Counted from the first letter of the stretch, positions 50,098 through 61,500 are shown. The stretch: DNA of 64,000 bases from Rhodosorus marinus CCMP1338 (GCA_029953675.1 JAMWBK010000007.1:1240001-1304000), one strand, 5' to 3'. Numbers and translations: made by a program. The notes: generated by a model not told the origin, from the letters alone.

Positions 50098-51105
50098 GTG
50101 CTAAGGGCAGACAGAGAGGTCTTACCTCCGGAAGGAGGGGGCGCTCCTATGGACGTAAGGATGGACCGTGCGCCTTCGGCTCATGGACCAGAACCTGACC
50201 CTACCGGTGTTTCGAAACCGGCTTTTGTGCCTACATCTAGACCTGAGGCGCTGCCCCCGCTCGGAATTGACATGAGATGTGTACCACTACAGTCCCACTT
50301 GGAGATTTCGCAAGCCCAGGCAGAGATCGTACCACTGCAGTCCCACTTGGAGATTTCGCAAGCCCAGGCAGAGATCTACAACAAGCTGATGTTGAAATTT
50401 ATGAAGCTCCTCAGTCAAGCGCATGCGAGAGGCACCGTGAAACACCTGCTGAGAAGTCTTTGCCCCACAGCAACACCTCCTGCCTCCACAACATATACAC
50501 TACCTGTCTGCGAACCGTGCAACTATGCCCAAGCCGCGGACCACAACCGATCTCCTGACGTCCTTGATCTTGGCGGAGATCACTTCCCCGATCTCGATTC
50601 GAACGAAACTCATGACGACTGCCCAGATCTCGCGACGGCCAATTAGCACGCACGGACGACCACTCGTGCTCGCAACCGTCCCATAAGCTGGGCGACACGT
50701 GTCCGCGCCAACCAAACACCGGCAGCTTCCAACCGCTCGTTCTTTGCGAGCATTCAACGCGTGGTCTAACAGAGCATGGAAGATATTGAGTCTTTCGTCC
50801 TCCTCAACGCCAGACCTCGCGACGCGAGCAGGAGCAAAGCCGCACACGCGTGGGACATAGTGCGCATTTGCAGGCCTTTGGAAATATGCGCTTCGACAAC
50901 TCGACTACTTCGATCATCACGTCCACGTCATCGGACATCGAGCCACGCTACAACTGGTCCGTGACGGAATGAACGCGGGCGCCTTCCATCCCACAAGCGG
51001 CAACGTCCCCCGCAACGAACGAATTCAGGCGCTCAAGCTGTCTGCAACCTCCCTGGACTATCTGAGCATGGAAGAGAGATTTCGCCATCGCCCAGAGGAC
51101 TACAT
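50098..51105 (+). pseudogene. Decayed LTR-retrotransposon (copia-like) gag relic
   Basis: Frame ...MRFDNSTTFDHHVHVIGHRATLQLVRDG...ERIQALKLSATSLDY... resembles the UBN2/gag-2 pattern. 51-bp tandem duplication at 50281-50382. Truncated by element B. Confidence 0.4.
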
Positions 51106-51251
51106 TTGTGTGGCTCTGATACACAACTGTGTATCAGAGGTATGGTGCTGGCTTTTGGTGGTTTTGAGTCGCAATTGTGTTCTTCGGTGGGAGGCGCTTC
51201 TTTCTGCAGCCTTTCCCCCGCATTTTCTAGTGGTGTGGTGCGTGCTGGGGG

Positions 51252-52579
51252 TTGCTAGCGCCCCTTGGAGGTCGTGGTGGTTTTTCTTTGGTTGCAAACG
51301 TTGGGAACAAGTTCTCTTTTTGGGGGTTTCGTGGGGGAATCGGTTTTTCACACCTTCCAATCGTTATGGTTGGGGTTTCCCCACCCATTCCGGCGGACGG
51401 AGCCGTTCTCTCAGCGCGTGTGGAGCTCAGCGTGGGCGGGTTTAGTACCGCGGCCACCCTCACGGACTGCGCTGACGAGTTGGCCCATGGGATCTGCTCG
51501 AAACTGACGAGTCTTCTTGTGACTGCTTCCCAGGAACACCGCCTGCCCCTGCTGATCGCCTATTTGGAGCGCTTCTCCGCCTCCGCGCCTGCCCCATACC
51601 CCCCGGTGCCCGTCCCCGCGGATCCGCACGGTACAGCGGGGCCTGCCTCCACCCGACCCGAGCGCTCCGCTCCGGTCATTCCTGATTCCGACTGGCCTAC
51701 CCCTATTCAAGGACAGACGCCTCCTGGGCCCGCGTCGGGCCCGAATCCTGCTCCCTCCAGTGCCCCACGTGCGACCTATTCGCAGGTCCTGCGCAGGGGC
51801 TCTTCTGAACAACGCACGACGGCAATGGTGCGTATGATGCCACAACACATCCCTATTGACTCTTCTCGCCAACTATCTCCGTTCCACTTTGTTTGGATGA
51901 CGAACGTGCGTCCCCAGACCCCCTCTCGTGGTCGGGGCCGCGCGCCCGTCCACTACCGCGATTTTCGCGACACCATGGCTTCCTCCCTTGGGGCCGCCCC
52001 ATCTGAATTCCTATATGTGGACTTCACGGGCCCTCATGCCTGTTTTCTTGTTACTGACTCGGCTTACCAGTTCCTTCAATCGCTTGTAACCACCCCCGTG
52101 CCCCAGCGCTCTGCTCTGGCCAACATGATACTGACTCGTCCTCATGTCTCTTTGTTTGTCGAGTTCGATCGTTTTGACGCCGGCTGGGTTCCTCCGTCGG
52201 CCTTGCAAAACCTGGATGCCTCGCAGGCTTCGGTTGTCGCGCTACACACTCATGCGGCGCGGCTCTCGCGCGCATACAGGCCAGCCTCTTCGCGCGTTTT
52301 CCTCCTCGCGGGGTCCTCCGCACCGCGCTAGAGGCCTTCCTCTCCACTGAGGCCACCCTGCTGGAAGCCCACCCTGCGTTTGACTTTCTGCCGCCGACTC
52401 TTGAGCACCCTTCCTCCCCTCGCCCTGTCTCCGAGGCTCGTGACACCGACATGGCAGGAGCACCATCGGCCTCTCCGAATCCGCTGGCTCTGGACACCCT
52501 CAGTCAAGACTCCGCTGCTGAAAACCCTGTGTCTACTTTCTTCAGGTCTTTTAGTTCCTTCGTGCGCCCCCCCACGTAA
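51252..52579 (+). CDS. Family B ORF1 (unknown function; one frameshift)
   Basis: Shares LRRG..RT.AM.R, W..NVRPQT, RDFRDT.A.SLG and FDRF with family A ORF1. Continues in another frame as RGVLRTALEAFLSTEATLL. Confidence 0.7.
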
Positions 52580-54113
52580 GCGTCGTGCGGCTCCTGAGCC
52601 TCCCTCCGAGGCACCTCCTCCGGATATTCGATCTGCCTTCCCGACTGAGGGGAGGCCCGATGTCTGAGTCTTCCTCCTCCGCGTGCGTGTCGTCCCGGTT
52701 ACCCCTGTTTACCAGTGACCGCTCAGCCTGGCATGAGCGTGTTCTCTCGTGGTTTTCGCACCTTGTCGCCTCCTACCCGGACGGTTCCCTTCCCCTTTGT
52801 CGTCAGAGCACGGCCGTACGGCTCCCTCGTCGACTTCATAAGCCCCTAGGATTGGTGTTGGATTTTCTCTGACAGCAGGTCGCCGCGAACCCTCACTGCT
52901 CTCTTCGCTGGGAACTCTTGTTCTTTTTTCCCCGCCTCGTGCTCACCTCCTCTACCGTCCCCCTCAACCCACATCCTCGCCGGGTCCACCCTCGCCGAAA
53001 ACGGCAAATGTTCCTTTCCGGCGACTTTGAGGACCTCGAACGTCTTTATTTCGCTTCTCTCTCTTCCTTTTCTCCTAGTGCTCCCTCAGCTTTTAGGTCT
53101 TCTCGACAGAATCGGGCGCGTCATGCGGTGGCAGGCGGTGATCTGCGGCGGGCAGCCGGGATCCTCCAGCAGCGGCAACCTGTGGTTCCATACTCCGATG
53201 ATCTTTCTTCACCGCTCCGTTTGCTCTTTCCCTCGGAAGGCTCCCCTTGGGACTCCTCGTTTGAATCAGTGTTGGAAGAGTACCGCGCCGCGCCACATCC
53301 CAGTGCGCGGTTAGTAGTAAATCTGGAGGCGGTGCGTGAGTTGGTTCATGATGCTCCGAAGGGCCGTTCCCCAGGGCCCTCGGGGCTGCGGGTGGAATAT
53401 CTCCGTTTCTTAAGTGATGAAGGTTTGAAGGCGTTGGCGTGGGTGGTCGAAGCGCTTGTGAATGGTGATCCCTTGTGTGAGTGTGCGTGGTTCTTGGTCG
53501 GGCGTTCGCAGTTGTGTCTGCTTTCGAAGCCCGGCCACACGGCCTCGAGCCCTGCTATTCGCCCTATTGGCCTGGTTGAGGTGGTCCGCAAATTGGCGGC
53601 GCGATGGTTAGTGAAAATCCTGGTTCCCGAATCCTGCCGTTTCTTTGGGCACGTGCAGTTAGGCGTGGGCTATCGTGGTGGCTGTGAGTTGTTGTCTGTT
53701 TTACTCCGTTCGGAAATGGCGTACTCCCCAGATTCTGGGCTCCTCTCTGTCGATTTTACCAATGCGTTCAACCGCGTCTCTCGTCCGGCTCTCATGCACG
53801 TGGTGCGCGAAGTCTTCCCTGTAGGCTTTCCCTTTGTTAGTAGACTTTATTCTCCGCTTGGTCGTGGGGCTACCTATGACACCCTTGGCGCTTCCTCACA
53901 CACGTTTGCGGCGCGCACAGGGGTACAACAGGGTGATCCCTTGTCCCCTTTCCTACATGCCTGTGGACTACAACTCGTCTTGCTTTGTCTTCGCTCCGAA
54001 TTCCCGCAGGTTCGTACGGTTGCATACCACGACGACGTGTGCCTCCTGGGGCCCCCTGATACTCTGGACTTTACTAGCATAGCCTGAAGCGCTACGCAAG
54101 GCGTGAAGATGAA

Positions 54114-57100
54114 CTAATAACTAGGGAGGGAAGTATGCAACCCCAGGCGCCGATGGCGCGCCTCGGACAGCATGTCGCTGGAATATCGCCAAAGGGAGAC
54201 ACTTAAACGCCTCAAGAGCGCCAAATATTCAGTAGGATGCTCAGCAAAACATTTCCGCAACCACTCTAAACCCGACTTATCGACGTGACCAAAGCTTTCC
54301 ACAATGAATGGCTGGAACCGGTGAGAGCGACCCTCAGCGCAAGGCAGACTGGCCATGCTCTCAGCATACCGTCGTTCATTAACTCTTCGAAGGGCTGAAG
54401 CCGCGGCCCCCCGGCGGCGGGCGGCTGCGGTGAGGTGGGCGCTGGCCACGGGGCAGGTAATCGCAAGGTCCACATATGTTGAGCGTCTGGCAGCAGCGTC
54501 AGAGACGAGGAGATCGGCTATACAACGGGGCGGTGCAGAGTCCGAGATGGATCTGGGCAGTTCCGACTCAACCTCAACCGTATGCCCTATTCGAGTCAAA
54601 AATTCGCTGAGGATGTACTTGAGGCGAGTGTGACGCCTCGTACGGAGACCTCGCAACAGTCCGCAGGAACCCAGGAAGTGGTAGCCACAAGCGTCAATCC
54701 GGCTCTCACATCCCTGACAGAAAGACGGCCGATTAGAGTGCCACGGAGCCTGTGGCAAACCGAGATAGATCCGTGCGGCAGAACGGAACTGGAAAGCATC
54801 GAGACGATGACTCAATGACGACGGTAGAGTGGCTAACCACAAGTGCGAGAGGTGGCCTCCCATGCCGCGGAGACGAGCGGCAGTGGTAGGCGGCGTGAGA
54901 GGAGAATTGAGCATGACTGTGTGAGCGGCACTGTGTTGGCCCCAGGTGAGGCTATGTTGAATCACATCAGTGCGGGAGCTCCACAATCGGCTCAAACCCG
55001 GGTAGTCTGCAACAGGGGACCCGGGGCTAGCCTCTCCGTCATCGGCAAGAACTCGGTCGAGGGGACAATCCTCAATCGCTTCAGCTCGTCCCCATAACAG
55101 CTCCCTCCAGGAACGAAAGCGGGACCGATTTGCGTCCGGCACGGCGTTGCACCTCCTGAACGCGTGTTGAAGACCATCATAAATTGTCAAAAGCGGGGGC
55201 GGCAGGGTCACTGGATCCTCGTTGGTCAAAGCTCGAGCCAAGAGGCAGGCACTTCGCATCTGGAAGGTCACCAACGTTCGCAGCGCGGTAGCCCAGGAGG
55301 CAACCGCCGCTGGCGAGCATACCAGCCCACGGTCTGCGACGCCGAATCCCCCTAATCGCAACGGTAGAGCGATCTGTGCACGAATAAAGTCCCTGTCGGG
55401 AGCAGCTTCAAGATCGAGGGGCTCATCCAAGAGCGTTCCCCAGTGTTGCAGGGTCATTTCGTCGGCTTTAGCCGCGATCCACGAGCCCCAAGCTGGAGGC
55501 AGGCTGCGCAACCAGTAGTTGAGTCTGGGACCGGCACAAAAGCGGGAAAGCAAGCAGGCCGATTGCAGCATGCTGTCGGGTAGGTGCTCAATGGCGTCGG
55601 TGAGTTGCTTGTGCCGTGCCAAAACTCGCTCGCAGGATGCTTGGACAAAGTTGTCAGTCCCCAATCCGACGCCGTGGTGTTCGAACCCTTCACGTTCGCT
55701 GATTAGTCGCAGAGTGGGTGGCAGAGAGTTCAGCGACACGTCCCTCGGGGGGAGAAAGCGACATTTTTCTGTTTCCACAGTCAAACCGAAGTGACGTGCA
55801 ATCGCTTCGATCGCGGTCAGTCCCCTAGCCAGGGTGTCAGGGGTGCCCAGCAATGTTACGTCATCGTGGTACGCGCAGATTCGAAGATCCGAGACCTCAG
55901 TCGAAAGACGTAAAAGTACGAGCTGTAGGGCACAGGCATGAAGAAGAGGTCCGCAAGGGTCGCCTTGTTGGACGCCAGTATGTGCTTGAAAAACAGTGCC
56001 CTCCGTTGTCAAGTAGGGGAGGCTCTCCCCTCCGTAAATACCCGATAGAAACGGCCACGCCTCCGGAAACACACGTCGGAGCACCTCTAGCGCATGCGTC
56101 CGCGACACGCTGTTGAATGCGTTCCGGAAATCAACCACCAAGACTCCCCACTCCGGCCTACTGGCGCGTTCTAGCTCGATCCCATGGGTGATCAGTTCGC
56201 AACCCCCAGAAAATCCCACCCCTACTTGCAAGGGCGCCATAACAGCTGTGACGCGCTGGCGAAGGCGCTGGCATAGCCACCTCCCGGCTAACTTCCGTAG
56301 GCTCTCCACCATCCCGATCGGCCGGAGACGCGGGTGGGCCGGCTGGTGGTCAGGTTTCGTGAGCAAGCAAAGCTGTGCCTGCCGGAGATGTTCCCATGGC
56401 GCGGACGCACCCGATACGCCTTGGAACAACTTGTTAAGGATCCTCAGAAGCGCGCTCTGGCCAGGCTGGCTCAGGGCCTGCAATAGCTCTGTTCTTAGTC
56501 CGGAGGGTCCGGGACAGCGTCCCCGACGCGAGGTACGAAGCAAATCCTCCAGGTCAGACTCACTGAGGGTCAGATCGATGCGAAACCTGGCCAACTCCGG
56601 ACGGTCCAAGAATACCTCGAATTCAGGGGACAAATCCACGTCGGACTCAGGGAACAAAGACGACACCGTCTGGGCGAGACTATCATCGTAGGGGAGGACA
56701 GGCGCCTGGCTCCTCCAAAACCCGCGCCGCTCGACTTAAATCGCCCACTGCTACCAATTTCTGTACTCGAGCTGGCACGGGCGACACTGTGCCATGCCGA
56801 GTCCGACGGGCGGATGGTGCTGACGACGCCAAATAGCTGCGCTGTAGTACTTCGAAGTCTCCCTTCAAGAACAGGGCCAGTCGGTCTCGTACTCGCCATC
56901 TGCGCTCCGATGTGTGAATGGGGGCCAGAATCAGGCGCGGCATGACCCCCAGAAAAACCCAAATGGCTGTGTCCCGAATGTTGCGAGCCAGGCTCGTGAA
57001 GATGAAATCGAGAATGGTTCCAGCTACTAGAAGGTCTCCACGAGGAAGGACGACTGGGGGAATGCCCCCACGGAGGGGAAGCGAGCCTCCTTCCAAAGAA

Positions 57101-57186
57101 ATCCACCGCCGGAGCCAACTCCGAAAACGCGTACGCCAAATGCCCAAGTCTCCGCCCTCCTTCAGGACATAAGACTGTAGATCCAT
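54114..57186 (-). CDS. A1 ORF2: reverse transcriptase + CCHC finger + restriction-like endonuclease (one frameshift near 56700)
   Basis: ORFs 56683-57186 and 54114-56666. DFRNAFNSVSR, GVQQGDPCGP, YHDD, CQGCESRIDACGYHFLGSC, RRHTRLK, EVESELP, IADLLVSD, YVDLAITCP. Confidence 0.93.
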
Positions 57187-57217
57187 AGGCTGCGACCTCG
57201 CAGCCGTGCCTGGAGCG

Positions 57218-58703
57218 CTAATCGTGCTTCTCCCCCTTAGACCCGGGGGAGTCGGTCCTCGCTCTCTTACCTCCTATCCGCACCAAAGTCGTGAGCCTCC
57301 CACTCCGCGAGGCTCGCGGAACGGATCCCGCGGGCTTCAGCAAAGTAACCTGAGCGTCCTGCACCGCCATGCCCTCAGTCTGCTCCCCTGCCTCACCACT
57401 CTCGCTGGAAGTAGTGCTGGAAGCAGAGCCCTCCAAAATCCCCACCCGCTGCAGCTCTGTCTTGTAGCGCGAAGTCAGCACAAGTCGCCTCTCCAGATCG
57501 AAGAAACTGGAAACCGCCATGCGCAGGTGACGAGGGCCCGACCGGAACCGCTCCAACAAGATCCTCTCAAGGCGCTGAATCCGTAGCCAATGGATCGCTG
57601 CCGCCTTCACGCTGCTCTCATGCTCAGAGAGCCCTGCCGTTTCTCCCGGAGACAGGAAATTGCCCGAGAAACGGTCAAAATCGAAGTGCAAAACCACCTG
57701 CGGGTTGCAGCGCAGCCACCGGGCGCTCTCAGGCCACTGCTCGGTAGGCTTCGCCAGCAAGGCCTCCAGGTACTTGGCGGCGGTTGCGGAGACCAAAAAC
57801 AGCACATCGCGGCCCTCATAGTTTGCGAAGAAGAAATCACCCCGGCTGCACCCTAACGATTCCGCAAAAGTGTCCCGGAAGTCTCGCATAGACGGAACCT
57901 GTCCTCGTGTAGTCTGGGGCCGGACATTTCGCACCCACAGAAATTGGAGAGTGGTCTCCACAGGTCCATCCTGAGGCTCGCGAGATGGTATGAAACGGAG
58001 CATAGCCGCCGTACGTGTGGCAGTGGTGCCCTTCCGCAAGACTGATGCGTACGAAGCGCCCCCTTGCGGCCACCACGTGCCCCCGAAGTAGCCGGGAGCT
58101 GGTGACGACCTGAGGGCTGGTCCAAGAGAGGGAAGTCCACAGCTGCAGTCTCCTCCACACCGGTTGCCGCACAGTCACCACCACCATTGCCTCGAGTCCC
58201 CGAGCGCTGAAGCGCGTTTTGGCCACGGCCTGCCGCTCCCCAACGTCGTACTGTCCCGCGCAGAAGCAACAGCCCTCGCCTGTCCCGGGACAGGTTCATG
58301 TTGATTGACCGGATGTTGACTGCTCTTCAGCCAACGCTGCCACTCTGGGGCAATTCAAATTCTCGTCCGAATTTGAATTTGACCTGGCCAGCAATCCCGA
58401 TTCCAGCCCACCTAGCTTCTGGGTGAGCTGAGGGAGCACTCCACGATCACTCGCAGCCGTGATCAGGCTGGTGACAGCGGAGATAAGTGAACGCGCCTGG
58501 GTGCCAGAAGCGCCTTCCAAGTCAACCTCGGAAGAAAAGGTGCCGCAGCTGAGGCGAACACGGAGTCCCCCACCTGGCAGTGCCTCCTTGGGAGGAGGCT
58601 CCGTCGAGTGCGGAGATATCCCTACCATCCTGGGGGAATCCGCCAAGGAAACGTTGCACCACCAATATGAAACCGCACCGAGAGAATAATCGACCAAACC
58701 CAA
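57218..58703 (-). CDS. A1 ORF1 (unknown function; one frameshift near 58280)
   Basis: ORFs 58296-58703 and 57218-58039 are homologous to A2 and B ORF1. The stop is followed ~30 nt later by the ORF2 ATG in both A1 and A2. Confidence 0.78.
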
Positions 58704-60679
58704 CCCAAATAGGAAAGGCCCCGCAACTCACCCACCCCACTTAAACGCCTCAAGAGCGCCAAATAATCAGTAGGATGCTCAGCAAAACATTTCCGCGACC
58801 ACTCTAAACCCGACTTATCCACGTGACCAAAGCTTTCCACAATGAATGGCTGGAACCGGTCTGGTACTCTAGCACTCGCTTATGATCGTCTCCGCTCCTT
58901 GGCTTCGCGGGTTGACCTGGAGGTTAATCATCACAAATCGTTCTACTGGGGAGGTGTAGCTGCACAAGAGCAGCAGGTACCTGCGTCGTTCCAGGATATT
59001 TGGAGACCGGATGGTTTTGTCCACTTAGGCATCCCCTACGGGTCGCCGTCCTTCGTTGAAGGCGAGTTGCTGCAGCTCCTCGGTAAGCACAGACAGCTGG
59101 TTGCAGAGCTTCGACGGCTACCTCCGGGCTTTCTCCAGTGCTCGTTGTTGCTGTTTCGGTATTGTTGCAGTCAGCGGTTAACCTATTGGCTTCGCTCACT
59201 TCCAACTCATTGGAGCCGGTGGTTGGCCACTCGTGCGGATGCTGAAAGTTTCCGTGACCTGGGGTATTTTCTCGATGAAGAGCTGAGCGCTCTGCCGCGA
59301 CCCACCTGTGATGTTGTGCGCGCCCAGGTAGGCCTCCCATTGCGATTGGGGGGACTGGGCCTCTGCAATCGTGTTGTGGTCCAACCTGCAGCCGCAGTAG
59401 GGGCCTGGGGAACCGCACTTCCCACTTTGAGCAGCTTGGGTATTTCGAAGTTCCGCAATTTGATGGCGAGCCTCTCGCGGGGTGTCTTGCTTCCCAGCGT
59501 ACCGGAAAGCGCCCAAGACTTGTTTCTGGAGCTCCAAACCGCCCTAAATTCCTGTACTAGTCTCCCCGAAACCGTTCAACCCCGTCTTCCTGACTGGCGA
59601 GCTGTATTTGACCGCTCTCGAGGCTCCGCCCCGGGGATTCGTCCTGCGCCTGAACCTGTTCTAGGGGAGATTGACCCAGTGGTTGCCGCAGAAGAAGAAG
59701 TTCCAGTTGATCCTCCTGATGATTCCCAGCGCGCTGGGAGCCGAGCTCAAGCACGCACGGATGCGCTGCAAAATATCCTTTCTTGGGACTTGCACCGTGC
59801 TGCATATGGCCGACTCCTCGCGCAGATGGTCTCATCTTCTCGCGCTCGCGCCCGCCTACGTAGTCTTGGAGGGGTTATTAGCTCTCAGTGGCTCATGACC
59901 GTACCAGCCTTTCCGCCACTCACACTGTCGGATTTCGAAGTGCGTACTTCACTGCGCTTATACCTCGGCTTACATCAGCCCCCTTGGCCGTACGAGATGG
60001 GTTCGTCGTGCCCTCTCTGCTCTCAGACTGAAGACAACGCAGATTTTGGCGCCCACCTGCTCGCTAGTTGCCCGGCGGTGAAAGGTGCTCGAACCCGCCG
60101 CCACACACGGATCTTGAACCTGTTATACCGGGAACTTCGGCCTATAGTCCGGCAAGCCGGTCTGGAAATCGAACGTGAGAAACCTTTACCCGTCACGGAC
60201 TTTCAAAATGATGAACGCCGTGTAGCCGACCTGGTGATCACCTGTGACGACAGCCGCCGTACCACATACGTTGATCTTGCTGTTCCTAACCCTCAAGCTA
60301 GTCGTTATCTCCCGGCTGCGGGGGAGCGCCGTGGATCTGCCGCCGCCAGCATGAGACGCCGCAAAGAGATCAAATACGCGGGGGCTTTGTCTTCCCCTGG
60401 TGTTCGTGCTTCGGCACTAGCACATCGCTTGGTACCCCTGATCATTGAGTGCTTTGGGTTCATGGACTCTGTTGGTTCTCGCTGGCTTCGGGAGTTGTTC
60501 CGCGAACGCCCTGACCGTCTTCAATCGTTGTTTACCCGCTTAAGCTTCCTGCTGTGGCGCATGAATGCCGCTTTGATGTTGGAGGCGCGAGTACTTCGCC
60601 GCGCTTAGTCTTTTTTTCCCCTCGGGGTTTTTTTTTCAGCCTCCGATTAAACCATTCGTTCGATCTTCCTCCAGTGCTG

Positions 60680-61500
60680 ATACAAGTTTTATCGCTGCCC
60701 CATCAACATAGAATACTGAAGTGGAGGACGTAAACGTCGGAAACGAAAATCAAGCCGGCTTCTTGAACGCTGTAGAGAAGCGGATGACGAGCGCACTTCG
60801 TCCAGTATCATACGTTTCTTGTCTGTTTGATTCCAGCCTGAGAGGAGGGGGCATATCTCCACGGGATAAGCAACGTGTTTGCTTGGTCGCGGAGAATCTG
60901 TACCAAGAATTGTTTAGCGATCAAGCAACACAGGTAAGTTCCTGGAGAGATGAGCTCCAGGACCAGATCAAAGATTTTGATCTGAAGACTGAGCCGTTTG
61001 CTTCCGAATCGTTCTGGTTGGACCACGTCGCAATGGGGAGTACGAACGTCAGCGGACTAAGCAGAAGCGACTCCTAGGCAAGCTACAGAAGCACATGGCT
61101 GTCTTGGAAACGACTCTAACTGGGGCTTACATCCTTGGCCCCAACTGGAAAATAATTCTACCAACCCTGAGTATGAAGCAGGAACCCCAACGGCGGACCA
61201 CAAGGACACAACCTTATCAGCGAAAGGATCGGAGGAGTCGCCCAACGAAAGCATGTCGGGAGGTGTTCGCTGGAACACAAGTCTCTCCTCACGATACATA
61301 TTGCCGACGATGGTTCTGAGTCTGATGAAGCTGAAGATGGATCTGAGGATGAATCTGAGGAAGGACCCGAGGGCAATGACAAGCTGGAGAACACCTACGA
61401 CTTAGGCACAGATGATGATGGGGAGGAGGAGAATCAAGCTCTCAAAGATTTTGGCTAGGACGACGAGGGTCCTCTTGAAGGAGACGCCGCGAAGTTTTTC
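60680..61500 (+). pseudogene. Possible hAT transposase C-terminal relic
   Basis: SALRPVSYVSCLFDSSLRG...FWLDH is loosely like the hAT LDPRxR and dimerization-entry motifs, followed by broken frames and an acidic tail. Confidence 0.3.

Larger units (their letters stand above)
54066..58860 (-). mobile_element. Family A RLE non-LTR retrotransposon, near-intact (copy A1), with 10-bp TSD
   Basis: Flanked by CTGATACTCT (54056-54065) and CTGGTACTCT (58861-58870). Removing it restores the B RT frame. Confidence 0.96.
52662..60608 (+). pseudogene. Family B ORF2: RT + CCHC + RLE, split by A1 and one in-frame TGA at 52870
   Basis: GRSPGPSGLR, RPIGLVE, DFTNAFN, GVQQGDPLSP, YHDD|PDTLALAYDRL, LPLRLGGLG, CPLC..FGAHLLASC, RRHTRI, ERE..LP, VADL, YVDLAV. 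About 1050 aa when rejoined. Confidence 0.92.
51128..60665 (+). mobile_element. Family B RLE non-LTR retrotransposon, full-length, interrupted by element A1
   Basis: GT-rich 5' UTR, ORF1 (~51252-52579, one frameshift near 52300), ORF2 (52662-54065 + 58871-60608), 3' UTR T7-CCCCTCGGGG-T9...ATTAAA-CCATTCGTTCG. Confidence 0.95.

Noticed and set aside
52870-52872. In-frame TGA in B ORF2 as programmed readthrough or selenocysteine
   Set aside because: Family A has a sense codon at the aligned position and this B copy is already inactivated, so it is most likely a nonsense mutation.
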